From: Trypethelium eluteriae
Taxonomy: Eukaryota
Assembly (NCBI GenBank): GCA_051942245.1
Contig: JAVECL010000102.1
Location: 1-53,523, forward strand
DNA: 53,523 bases
Direction: 5' to 3'
In this document: one piece after another, positions 1-11,195 of the stretch
How the letters are laid out: every line of letters begins with the position of its first letter
Numbering within the stretch: the first letter of the stretch is position 1
Notes under the pieces: model-generated
What the model saw: the letters and a program-made list of their open reading frames with translations, nothing else
Told to the model about the DNA's origin: nothing
The model's database searches: none
Position numbers and translations under genes: made by a program

Positions 1-1729
1 GAGGGCGCGTCCAGGTTGCGGGGGAGTCTTTGGCTGGGGTGGAAGAGGAGGAGGAGGATTTGGTGGCGGCATGTCCGAAGCCGGCGGAGAGGATGTCGTG
101 GCTGGCTTGCTCGAGCTCGGGGTTGATGAGAGAGGACGGGATCATCCAGTAGATGGTTTCGCCGGCTGCTGCAGTAAGGATGAAAGCGTCTCGGCCTGGG
201 CGCCAGCGAACTACGTTGACGGCCTCGTCTGAGGAGAGTTTTGCTGTCCAGCATTGTCGGCCGCTGAGGATATGCCAGACCCGGACTGTACCGTCATCTC
301 CAGCTGTAGCAACCCAGTTGCCGGACGGGTCGACGTCTACGCTCCGTACTCGTCCCTTGTGGCCTCGGAAGACAGTGGCGCATGCTGTAGGGAATGGGCG
401 CAGTTCCTCGGGGCTTGGCAATTTTGGTAGGAGGGACTCAGGATCAATATTGAGCTTACTCCGTCGAACTCGAGGGGCAAGATACAGATCTAGACACCGC
501 TCGAACTTCTCTTTCACGAAGCCACCATATCCCGCCACCTTCCGTAATGCGTCATGAGTCTTTGGTAGGTACTCCCTTTCCCTTTCTTCAGGGTCCTGGC
601 TTTCCCAAGTAGCCTTCTCGTCCTTGTCGGGCAGATACTCCGGTGGAGGTCTGTAGCTCTCCTCGTAACCCGGAGGAGGGAGCTTTGGAGCTGGGACGTG
701 CATAGGATGGTCAGGTCGTGGAGCTTCGTCGGCCCAAATGTCGTACGTCTTCACGTCCGGATCTTGCTCTTCTTCCTCTTCCGGGGGTCTGTAAGGTTTT
801 ATGCGTCCTTCCCTTATTGCTCTCACCATTTTCATCACCCGTTTGGCTTCATGCTTTGAAGGCACAAAGCGGCGCTTGGGTTCTGGAGCCGCACTCAGTG
901 GCATGACCTCCTCCTTCCCTGAAAAGTATTCAATCATGTTCGGATAGGGGTCGTAGCCGTCTACTGTGACTTCATTCCTTGTAAGCTTCTTGAGCACTTC
1001 CAGCTCCTCTTGGTTTAGCTCCAAAGGCTTGCCGGTAGCTGGATCGGTCAGACCCGTCCACCCCTCTGGTATGTCTATACTGTCAAGTAGTGCATCCAAA
1101 GCTTCGCCCTTTGCCGGTCGCATAATCTTCTTGCCGTTGATATCATAACCTATATGTGGATATACCTCATAGAAGTGTGAAGGTATGTTGCCGACAGTGT
1201 TTGCATTGGCCGGCGCGTCAGAATCATCAGAGTCGTAGATAGGGTCAATTTCACGGTAGAGATATCGTGGATTCCCATTGGCATCTTGCGTGATAGTGTA
1301 GTTCGGTCCAACATCATCCTCGTCCACTTCAACGTCAGCCAGAGCGTGGTCCTGTTTCGTGCCATTCTTAGAGATCACAGTTCCATCAGCACTTCTCTCT
1401 ACTTTACTGGCATGGTCTTGGACCCTTTTGCTCCCCCCTCCTTGCTTTTGAGACTTGAGATCACTGACGAGCTGCCGGAGACCCCCCTTTCCTTCCTCGG
1501 ACAAATCGCCGTTACTACTCAGCTCGTCGAGATCCGTTTCAGTGCCTTCGTCATCAAGTCCACTGAAATCGTCCTCGTCACTGCCACTATCATCTTCGGC
1601 CTCGGAGATATTTTCGCTACTGAGGTCAAGACCGTTGACGAGATCAATGGGTAAATCATTATCTGCAGATTCAGGCGGCGAGTTTCTTGTCACAATCTTC
1701 CGTTTCTTGCCCGCGACCGCGTTCGCCAT
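1..1729 (-). CDS. ERB1: Ribosome biogenesis protein Erb1/BOP1 (PeBoW complex); 3' end runs off the window
   Basis: Absent from the ORF track because it has no stop in the window. Manual translation from ATG 1729 gives an acidic N-terminus, then BOP1NT motifs ([93 protein letters not shown]) and the first WD40 repeat ([32 protein letters not shown]). Confidence 0.97.
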   Translation of the reverse strand, partial: MANAVAGKKRKIVTRNSPPESADNDLPIDLVNGLDLSSENISEAEDDSGSDEDDFSGLDDEGTETDLDELSSNGDLSEEGKGGLRQLVSDLKSQKQGGGSKRVQDHASKVERSADGTVISKNGTKQDHALADVEVDEDDVGPNYTITQDANGNPRYLYREIDPIYDSDDSDAPANANTVGNIPSHFYEVYPHIGYDINGKKIMRPAKGEALDALLDSIDIPEGWTGLTDPATGKPLELNQEELEVLKKLTRNEVTVDGYDPYPNMIEYFSGKEEVMPLSAAPEPKRRFVPSKHEAKRVMKMVRAIREGRIKPYRPPEEEEEQDPDVKTYDIWADEAPRPDHPMHVPAPKLPPPGYEESYRPPPEYLPDKDEKATWESQDPEEREREYLPKTHDALRKVAGYGGFVKEKFERCLDLYLAPRVRRSKLNIDPESLLPKLPSPEELRPFPTACATVFRGHKGRVRSVDVDPSGNWVATAGDDGTVRVWHILSGRQCWTAKLSSDEAVNVVRWRPGRDAFILTAAAGETIYWMIPSSLINPELEQASHDILSAGFGHAATKSSSSSSTPAKDSPATWTRP

Positions 1730-1763
1730 GGTAGACCGCTTCTTTCAACGGGATGTTGGGCGT

Positions 1764-1812
1764 CTCAATTTTTTTGCGCGTGCAGAAGCGAGAGAAGATC
1801 GCGATAAGATAG
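1764..1812. promoter_or_regulatory. RRPE-like (AATTTTTTT) and PAC-like (GCGATAAG) elements upstream of ERB1
   Basis: AATTTTTTT at 1767-1775 and GCGATAAGATA at 1801-1811 lie 40-80 nt upstream of the ERB1 ATG. RRPE/PAC-type motifs are typical of fungal ribosome-biogenesis promoters. Confidence 0.55.
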
Positions 1813-2033
1813 GGCTCGGATCAGCGCCGCACCTCCGGTGCTGCTGAGTCATTGGGCTACTTAACCAACAAGCTGCTCACCGTTGGCCGACTCCAATGGC
1901 CCCGACCCGAGTATGACGGAGGAGAATTGCTTGGCTTTTTCATGGGATATTTAAATCCTCAGCTGGCCAGAAGGGGGGAGTCGCCGGTGATTCTTTACGT
2001 GTCTTTTCACTCTGCAACAGAAGATTATGCGGC

Positions 2034-3262
2034 ATGTCGGGAGAGAAACAGCATGCAGCTTGTGACGAGTGCAGTAAGCTGAGCCCTACCAGTCCTGTCT
2101 CTTGACATCATCTCGTCAATAGCTGATTCACGAGTCTCAGGAACGCGCAAGATCAAATGCTCTGGAGGCCTACCAGCTTGTGAAAGATGTACCCGTCAAC
2201 GCATCGATTGCGTCTATTCGCCCCAGAGGCCGATGGGCAGGCCGAGAAAAAGACAGCGTCAAGACGAAGATAACGTAAAGGCCGGGCCAAATGCGCAATA
2301 TCCGACACCGGAATTGGACCATCAAGACGTATTCTTCGATCTAGCGAGTCAAGGACAATATCTCACATCCAATGATGATCTGGGCAGGCATTCTTTGGAC
2401 AATCTAGCAGCAGAAAACCTTGGTGCAAGTACTGCGTTTCTGAATACCTTTAACCCACCCATCGATCCGTCATTAGATTTTAGGTATGCATCCACGGCCG
2501 GTTTCGAGGTCGTTTCATCCCAATCTTAACCAACTTTCCTACAGTGCTTTGCCTTTCGACGCCGATCTCTTAGATACTTCAGCAATTCAACTCCCAACTT
2601 CAGTAGCCATTCCAGACATAGGAAGCCAATGTACATGCCTAACGAACATCTATCTCATCCTGTCCGAATTACGTACCTACAGTGGATGTAGCTTCCCTCT
2701 CCCCTTACCAACGCTTCGCAAATCAATGGTCACTGCCGAGGAGGTGCTGACTTGTGAAGAATGTCCGAAAGACTTCTCCACCGCCTCCCAAAACCTACAT
2801 ATGACATGCGCTCTGCTCGGCACCATCGGTAATGGTTTCCGTCAATTGCTGAAGGGAATTGATCAAGAGGCTGCATTCGCCGAAGCAAGAGGAGAGAAGA
2901 AGGCGCTCCGCGTTGGCGATATGAATGTAGCTAATTCGCATCTCCACACCGGTACTCTCGACTGTCCCATGGGATTCAATGTCGAGATTGCTGCGTCAGA
3001 GTGGCGAGAACTAGCGAGGAAAGCGGTCATTGCAAGTTTCAACGGCATGAATGGAGCAACAGGTCTGATGGATATTGTCCAAAAGCTGGAGGAACGTCAG
3101 CGCGCACGGCATTTTTCGTCGGATGTGGAGCATTACCAACCGTCGGGAAGTCATCATACTGCAGGGAATAGTGAGTGCGAAGATCCGATTTGTGTAAAGA
3201 TGGTCACCCAGACGCGCCAGGTGATCGAGGTCCTTGCCGCGGACATTCGTTCCGATACTTGA
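2034..3262 (+). CDS. Zn(II)2Cys6 (GAL4-type) transcription factor; exons 2034-2073, 2141-2483, 2545-3262
   Basis: Splicing of GT-AG introns 2074-2140 and 2484-2544 gives MSGEKQHAACDECRTRKIKCSGGLPACERCTRQRIDCVYSPQRPMGRPRKR, a complete six-Cys binuclear cluster, followed by a Cys-containing C-terminal region (CTCL, CEECP). Confidence 0.9.
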
Positions 3263-3285
3263 ATACTTAGCTCCCGGCATATGGT

Positions 3286-4449
3286 TTATTGATTACGGAG
3301 CTTAGCCAGGGCTGCTAGTACGCCTTCGCTTGGCTGCTCGTCCGTCGGGTTCCGTGAGCTAGGCCTTTTCTTCGCTGAAGATTGTGTCTGCTCATGTCTT
3401 ACGGAGTCCTGAGCTGCGGCATCCATCATCGCCTCCTCCTCATCTTCATCTGGATCCTGATAGGACATATCTTCCGCCAGTCGACCTGATGGTCTACGCT
3501 CAGCATCTGGGGTGCCATCACCCGCGGCATCTGGCCCTACTAGGCTTTGGCCCACAGGTACTGGAGATCCAATTCCGAGCCGAATGGCAACTCCAGGATC
3601 GACTTCGCCTTCAGCTCTAGAGACATCACGGGACATGACCGATGTTATATCAGGATTGGTCAGTTCGCGAGCTACTCCACGCTTGGCTGCTTTCTTAACT
3701 CTAAAGGGCTCACGAACCGAAGTGCACCATCTCTGCACCTTCTTCTCGCCCCAGCCAGCCACTAGGGCAACCTCTTCAGGTCGAGCATTGACGGCAGTAC
3801 GGATGCTACCGAAGCTGGAAACAAGGGAGACGGCGTCCGTTTTGTTTATGCTTCGTGGAGTGGTGATGAATTCGGTTATCCTATCAGCATAACCAGTGGC
3901 TTGGTGGGCCTTGATGCTCGTCGGTGCAGCGTGTTCGTACTGTTTGTAGAGTTCTAGATAGCGTCCAGCTTCCTGTGCACTCCAGCATAACATAATCGTC
4001 ACATTATTAATCAGAGACGTCTTGGAAAGCTCCTTAATAGACTCTTCGTGATTTTGAATATCCACCATTGTGAGTAGGATGCGAAGATTATAGCGGCCCT
4101 GAAGCTGTCTAATGCGACCATAGATGTATTCTGGGTGCAATCGATGGTATTTCAGAGAGAGAAACAATGCACAAGTGGTATTTCCCATGACGTAGTCAGC
4201 AGGAATATCCGAATATTCCCAGGGCATTGCCTTGATGTTGTTCAAGATGGGGTTTCCCTTTTGTCGTGGAGACACCAATACGGAGCTCGGTCCGGAGCGA
4301 GAAGGTAATGCTTGAGGCTTTGGCTGTTGTACCTTGCCAGTGGCCGGCGCTCCATTCTGTCTAGATGAAGATGCGGCAGGGGTGGTACTTTTGCGCTCGG
4401 CGGCATCTGCAGCTGCAGAAAAAGCAGCATCATCAAAGTCGTCTTCCAT
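3286..4449 (-). CDS. RAD10: DNA excision repair endonuclease subunit Rad10/ERCC1/Swi10
   Basis: 387-aa ORF with VSPRQKGNPIL, ADYVMGNTTCALFLSLKYHRLHPEYIY, WSAQEAGRYLELYK and a HhH2 region (SINKTDAVSLVSSFGSI...GWGEKKV). Confidence 0.96.
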   Translation of the reverse strand: MEDDFDDAAFSAAADAAERKSTTPAASSSRQNGAPATGKVQQPKPQALPSRSGPSSVLVSPRQKGNPILNNIKAMPWEYSDIPADYVMGNTTCALFLSLKYHRLHPEYIYGRIRQLQGRYNLRILLTMVDIQNHEESIKELSKTSLINNVTIMLCWSAQEAGRYLELYKQYEHAAPTSIKAHQATGYADRITEFITTPRSINKTDAVSLVSSFGSIRTAVNARPEEVALVAGWGEKKVQRWCTSVREPFRVKKAAKRGVARELTNPDITSVMSRDVSRAEGEVDPGVAIRLGIGSPVPVGQSLVGPDAAGDGTPDAERRPSGRLAEDMSYQDPDEDEEEAMMDAAAQDSVRHEQTQSSAKKRPSSRNPTDEQPSEGVLAALAKLRNQ

Positions 4450-4889
4450 TGTGCATTTGTGTTAGTTTGAGTTCGGGCCTAAGCGAGCGACCCTGTCCCG
4501 TCTGCGGTACTACTGTCGATGTTCACAAACACGATGTTGTGGCGCGCGAGATGCTTCTGAAAGTGGAATGGCGCGTACCTCGGTTTAGCCGCTTAGTCAT
4601 ACGGAACAATAGGAATGAGCCGATGAGATCGCCAGCACCAACCTCACTCCGTACACCGTCCACTTCTACGAACCATCCCAGGAACCACTGTCTACGGTTA
4701 CTATCGCCTATCTCAAGCCCTCGTTCACTCTTACAAGCGTCCGCAACAACATATGACCACAGCGCATTGTTGAGAGAGCCTCACGTTGGGGGCCAGCTGC
4801 GCCCCCACCTCTCCATTGCTCTCACTTCCACCTCCACCACGAGCAGAAAGCCCAGAACCGTTGCAACTCCCATCGCGCTCTAGCCTCTC

Positions 4890-6814
4890 ATGTCCGCACC
4901 TTCTCCGAAACGACAACGATTGCCAGGCTCGTTTTCACCGGCTTCACCGCCGTATCACCTTGCGGCCAAGGGAGCCATCGGTTCTACGAAGTCCACTATA
5001 GTTCAACCTCACACACCCATTTCACCCTCAGATATGTCTTCCTCCGGCCGTGGAAACAGCAACTCTACCTCTCCGACACAACCCTCCAACCTTTCTCCGC
5101 CGCTGTCCGGATCTGGAAGCGCACACCCATCCACACAAACTTCTGCAAACACTGCCCTTCCTACACCCGCAAGCAGTGTAAAAGGAGGTTCTACGACTAT
5201 GAATGACGAAGATTTTCCGACAGATAGCATATCACATTTATCAACAGCACGGCCAGTCACGCAGGACACAGCGACCGACGACTCCGCCTCACATACTCGC
5301 ACCGACCACGACTGGCAAAACGAGAATGACACTCAGATGGAGGATGTGGATCAATTACCAAGGCGTGTAGATGCAAACTCTGCACCATTTTACTACATTC
5401 TTGAAGAATGTAAGGTCCCTTTGACGACGGTCAATTGAGCGCTACGCTCACTTGCCCTCTCCCTTGCTTTCAATATGTTATGATTACTTTATTGACATTA
5501 TCTGATCGGATAGCACACCCACCATCCGCACCACATCCATCGCAAGACCTCATCTCTATGTACAGCCTAGACCCAATAGCAGCCAGCGTAGCTCGGCGCG
5601 ATCCGATAACTGGTGATAAAATCAACAAGATCCGCAAGTCCTACGAAGGCAAGATTAAGACTCTTGGCATTAGCGGCAGGAACAAATCCACCACAAAACC
5701 CGGCGAGCTATCAAGCCTCTTCCACATCCCCGAGGATGCTTGGCAAGCAACCGAAGTCTCCACCCGCAACGTCAAAAAGGGCATGACTGCCTCTCTCGAC
5801 GCCAAGCTTGACCGGGCCCTCAAAATGGCTCCAGGCAAGCTTCCCCCAGAGGAAGCCGACAAATGGAAGAGCCTGCTCGCCGTCGACGAACCCGCCAAAT
5901 CCAAATCCGGCGCTGCTGCCACTACCGACACGACGAACCGAAAGCTCGGCACCCTCCCTCCTCCTTCCTCGAACGCTAAGACAGCGGCATCGAATTCCAC
6001 GACAGCAACAGCAGGATCAGCGGCGGCGCACCCTGAGCCCTCGCGGCCTCAGCGCGCGAACAAGAAGCGGCGCTACGATGACTCGAGCTTTGAGGGGTAT
6101 GCCGAGGGCCTCAACGAGGAGGACGCCGGATACTCGAGTCCAGAGGAGAAGTTGGCGACGGTGGCGGCTAAGAAGAAGCGACGGAAGGTACGCGTGAGCA
6201 CCGATGAGGGGGCAGCACCCGTGACGGCAAAGACGGCGATGACGACTACTGTCGCTGGTGGAAACACAGCGATGGGAGGCCGTGGGAGCGAGACCAGGCA
6301 GCAGCAAGAACGGCAGCAAGAGGGGCAGATGCAGAAGAAGAGGAAGAGGGAGGAGGAGCGAGACCGAGAACAGGAGCAGAGGCAGGGGAAGAGTCTGAAG
6401 CAGGATCATCCGAATAAGAAGATGAAGAAGGACTTTCGGTTCAAGTTGCGTCCTACTGAGCCTTGAGTTTTTATCTTTGTTTCCTTTTTGGGAGGATAGT
6501 CTGTCTGCAGAGAATGTTGGTTGCTGGTTAGATGGAGAGGAGTGAGAGGAGAGTGTGATCTTGCTTGCGTGTGCGGTCTGGCTTGCGTGTGAGGCCTTTT
6601 GCTGTCTTTTTGCTGGTAATGGGTGTCTGCCCCCAAAGGTTCTTTCTACTTTTTTCCCCATCACAAGCCCCACTTTGATACCCCACTCGCCGTTTTGATA
6701 GGTCTACGTAGGGTGTAATACCTTGTGCTTACGACGTTCACTCTATAGGATTATGGCAGTGTTGCCTCGCCCGGTTACGGAATGGGCATGGTGGGCGTGA
6801 GCTCGCGTTCTTGA
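4890..6814 (+). CDS. MED19: Mediator subunit Med19/Rox3; exons 4890-5409, 5514-6187, probable last exon 6749-6814
   Basis: Med19 motif HPSQDLISMYSLDPIAASVARRDPITGDKINKIRKSYEGKIKTLGISGRNK and basic NLS-like KKKRRK. Intron 5410-5513 restores the frame. Donor GTACGC at 6188 joins in phase 0 to the exon after acceptor TAG 6746-6748, giving the tail DYGSVASPGYGMGMVGVSSRS*. The unspliced frame instead ends at 6466. Confidence 0.85.
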
Positions 6815-7167
6815 ACGCCCCACTGTGTTACTCACCCCGCCCCCCCCCTCGGACGATCATAGATTGATGGAGGTCCTCACGATGATTTTCGACGGAGTTC
6901 ACGAGTAAGGTGTGATGGGTGGTGGCGCGGTAGATATTTGTATTCTATTATACCAAACGATGTCGGACGCGGCGTTTGCTTTTTTGCTCTTTAACGGAAC
7001 GAGACTCCCCCCGATGATTTTGTTCGGGCATGAGACAATGGGGGCCTTTTTGCAAAGAATATGAAAAGGCTAAAAGTCTTTGTAAGACGTTTCCTGTAAA
7101 TATGAAGCGGCTATTCATACATTTACTCTCGGAGCTAACTCCCTCGATCTATGTAAAGAACATTTGC

Positions 7168-10100
7168 TTAGCCGCTGAGCTCGGCCCGTGGCATGTAAAA
7201 CGTATCATCGATTCCCACTCTGTGGCCCGCCATGTTGGCCGTCATCTGCTCCTGCATGCGTTCTTGCATGCGTTCCAATGTCATCTCCCTCCTTCTCTCC
7301 TGCTCTCTTGCATCCGTCACACTCCTAATAATATTCAGAACCTCCTGCCTCTTCTGATTCGGCACCGAGTCATGGAACCCAAAGCCCAGCGACGCCATTA
7401 CTCCCACCCCAGCCTCCACAGATCCCGGATCGAGCCCCAGTATCGCAAGCGAAGCTCCCTGCGCCAGGAGATACTGCACTGTCGTCGCGTGTCCATGGTA
7501 CGCGGCATAGCGCAGCGGCTGGCAATTGTGCTCGTCAGGCGTGTGGACGCTCCCGCCTCGATTCACCAGTTCCTGGACGACGCCGAGGTGCCCGCCCTTG
7601 GCGGCCTTGCAGGTCGGCGAGTCGTTGAAGCGTGGCTTGTTGTGCTTGCTCGGCATCTTTAGACTCAGCGCCGCGCCGCGGTCGAGCAGGAATCTCACGA
7701 CGTCGAGGTGGCCGTGGATCGCAGCGAGGCCGAGGGGTCGGTCGCCTGCGGGGTCGCGGGCTTCGAGGTCGGCGCCGCATTGGAGGAGGATGGAGAGTAC
7801 GGGGATGGAGGCGGAGAGGGTGGCGAAGTGGATGGGGCGTTTGGGGTTGGAAGAGCGGTAGCCGCCTTCGATGTTGGCGCCGGAACCGATGAGTAGTTGC
7901 ACGAGGGCTGGGTCCGCGTTTTCGCAGGCGTAGTGTAAGGGGCGTAAGAGGGAGGTGCATTCGGCTTCGATGGCGGCGCCGCGGCGGAGCAACAGCTCTG
8001 TAGCAGCGAACGACTTTGAAAGGATGGCAAGATGAAGCGGGGTTCTTCCGTCGCCGTTCTTCACGTCGACGTTTATGCGCTTTTGTTGAAGGAGGAGATC
8101 CGCAATCTCGTCATGTCCATTAGACGCTGCCCAGTGCAGAGGCGTCATCTCTCCATCAGCTTCGTGCTTGCAATTGGCTTTCCTCGCTAGGAGAAGTGAG
8201 ACGACTTGTTTTGAGCCCGATGCACAGGCAATGCAGAGCGGTGTCATGCCACCCATTCCCTGTGCTTCAATGTTGGCTCGACTACCGAGGAGCGCTTCCG
8301 CAACGTGATCGTGGTCATTTTGGGCAGCATAGTGGAGAGGCGTCATGAGTTCGCCATCCTTTGCCTCGCAGTCGGCGCTATGTGCGGTCAGAAGCTTCAC
8401 AATCACATCGTCGCCGATCTTAGCTGCGGCGTGGAGAGCGGTAGAATAGTTGTGATCTCTTGAAGTCACCTTGGCACGGTTTTGGAGCAGGATTTCGACC
8501 ACATCGTGATGGCCGTTGTCTGCAGCAATCCTCAAAGCCGTTTTGCCTTTTGGGCCAATTGCATCAACGGAGGCATGATCATCCAAAAGTAGTTGGACGA
8601 TGCTGTAATGATCACGCGACGCAGCCAGATGAAGGGGTGTCATATCAGAAGAATCCAAAACATTCACATCAGCTCCACGCTGCAGCAACAATGATACGAC
8701 TTCCTCATTGCCGCAATGTGCGGCGACTGCAAGAGCCGTCCGTCCCGAGCTTTCGTGACGCTCTTCGATGTTCACACGTTGCTCCAATAGCCTTAGAATT
8801 TCCATGCGGGAACCAGACTGAGCTGCGCGAACAATTGCTGGTGCTCTGAGACCTTCTGGGGACCCAAAGTCTATGCTGGTATGCACATTGAATTCATTCT
8901 TGCGCTTGACTCGCCTGGGTCCTGGTGTGGGGCTCAAGGTATCAGTCGAGGGCGAGGGAGGTGTTGCAGTTTTTAGTGCGGTAACATTGGGACGACTTGC
9001 TTTCCGTCTCAAAGTTCCCCATATCGACTTCTTTGGATCGGGAGAGGTCTTTTGACGGGATAGGTTGAATGAAAATTGACGAGGTATTGCAGAATCGGAC
9101 GCAGAAGTTGCATGTCGTGCTGGCGGACGATGGTAATAATTAGACATACTATCCCCCAACTCAGGCGAGGTTGATCTTGGGAAAGGGCGTGCCCTTTGCC
9201 AAGACTCATTTCTGAATCGTTCCATTGGTGTCAGCTGATCGGCTTCTTCCTCTGCATTCTCAGCAAGCTTCTTTGGTATGTCATGATTGTGTCTCCTGGC
9301 TGGATGGGAGCTACTGTCCGATACAGATCGCGGAAGTGGTACGCCAGCTTCACGGGCTTTTGTATTAGCCATGGTCTGACGATAAGCTTCAGGATTGACC
9401 ATATCGGCATCCATATCGTAATACCCGCTATCTTGCGTCACTTCAGTTGGTGCAGGAGTCTCCACACGTGGAGGTGGCTTTCGAAAAGGGTTCGTCGAGT
9501 CCGAAGCAGACCGATTGGGCTGTTTAATACCTGCCTTTGATTCATTATGTGCAAGCGCATTACGATAGGGTCCTGTGTTCACAATTTCTTTATCGATATC
9601 CAGCTCGAGACTACCGATTGTAGATTCCGGATGGCTGATGACAGTAGGGGATCCTTCTTGCGCCTTCGTTACGCTAGCTCGCAGCGTTGAAGTGTCATCG
9701 ACGATCTTTTGTATTACGCGACGGCTTTTCGGCTTCTTAAGCATTTCTGTTTGCTGTGTTTCTGTACGACTAGTCTGTGCGTTAACATCTGGGGGCCAAC
9801 TCTCCAAAGCCTTGCCACCATGACTTACCAGTGCGCTGCCTGCAGTAAAAATTGCAAAGCTGCCACCTGTGACTGTAAACGATGTTGATGGTCCCTCATA
9901 TTCGTTTCATTCCAAACAATTTTGGCGCTCCTCAGAAAAGGATTGTTCGTCACTAAAAGCGCCACTTCTTGTGCCATGATGTCCACGAATAGCCTACAGC
10001 CTTCCAGAGATATCTTGAATCCTTCGATTAGCTCTCGCTGTGTCGGCGAAGAGGGGACACGGTTGCGAGCCCATTCTTGAATTTGGTTCAATGCACAATT

Positions 10101-10253
10101 CACAGTAGTCAACTCGTAGACAAGAGACTGAATGGTAAGGTCTGCATCGACGAATTTCCCGCGAGCATCGGAGAGATTTTTAATTGTCTTCGTGATTGCG
10201 GCGATAATACCTCCCACAGCACTCACGCCCCCAATCAGTGATAGAGGATCCAT
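7168..10253 (-). CDS. Ankyrin-repeat protein with N-terminal fungal HeLo-like/STAND-N helical domain; exons 10253-9829, 9769-7168
   Basis: Exon 1 MDPLSLIGGVSAVGGIIAAITKTIKNLSDARGKF...LQSQVAALQFLLQA resembles the fungal N-terminal helical (HeLo-like) family. Intron 9770-9828 (GTAAGT...TAG) joins it in frame to an exon with about 13-14 ankyrin repeats (GRTALAVAA, MTPLHLAA, GKTALRIAA, MTPLHYAA, GRTPLHLA and others). Confidence 0.85.
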
Positions 10254-11195
10254 CTTCGATCGAAAAGGTAACCGGAAAGACTCGAGACGAAGCAACGAAG
10301 ACTAATTGGAGTAGAGAAGATGAAAGAAAGTACAGCGAGCGATGTTCAAGACGACATGGTCATTGGATAGCAGACGATCTGTGAAAGAACAAATGCGAAC
10401 GAAAATTTTCGACAACAGCCGCCGCTTGGTGAAAGAGCACGGTCGAAAGCTCGTGCTGCCGCATGGTTGGAGTAGACGGAGTGCTTAGATATGCAGCAGG
10501 CAGCGAGGCTGAGCATTTCGGACCTGCATCTCAGCGCCCCTCAGCTCAGATGCTGATATTCTGCTACAGGGTTCTCCGCTGAAGTCGTCGATCATTTCCC
10601 TAATGGATTTCAATGTCGCTTGCTTGCTTGCTTGTTGGCGTGACCCAAGCGTGGCGCAGGGGTGGCTTAGGAAGCCATTGGCTTCTATAAGTTGCATACA
10701 ACTAGTCATTAGCCATCCGTGGCGGGTTGTTTGTTTTGAGAGGTACATCAAGATAGGGAATGTCACTTCTGTCGAGTTTACTGTCCGCAATGGACAGTGG
10801 CTAAGTCGAGTGCAGTTGCAGTGGCATGGATGAGTCTTTCCTAGGAAGGGCGATAGCGGAACCGCAAGGATCTTCAACGGGCCATAAGGCCAGAAAGATT
10901 GGGCGTCACAGTCGGTATCTTCACTTCAATAAGGTCCACATGAATTTCATATTGTTAAGATGGAGGCTTGCACGCACGTAGCATGGAAGTTATAAAATTT
11001 CCTGAGGCATACTACTCCCTGAAATCACATCTGTCCACAAAGAGGCAATCCCATCACAGCGGCCTTGATACGGTAACTCGTAGCCAAGCATGACCTAATT
11101 TGTCCAAAATGTACTCTGTCTAACGGATTAAACCTCCCAAAATATCCAAATACTGGCCAGATGTAGTCCTAACACAGGATAAGAAAGTTATCCAA

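Noticed and set aside
153..1847. Several plus-strand ORFs of 60-134 aa
   Set aside because: They are antisense shadows of the ERB1 CDS, which the ORF track missed because it runs off the window.
6563..6596. GCTTGCGTGTG repeated with an 18-nt period in the Med19 intron; also a poly-C run near 6840
   Set aside because: Only two copies and a homopolymer, consistent with ordinary slippage. Not CRISPR-like.
6017..7960. Overlapping Leu-rich and Arg/Gly-rich ORFs (6017-6673, 7030-7662, 7535-7960 and others)
   Set aside because: Alternative-frame or antisense artefacts of skewed, GC-rich codons in MED19 and the ankyrin gene.
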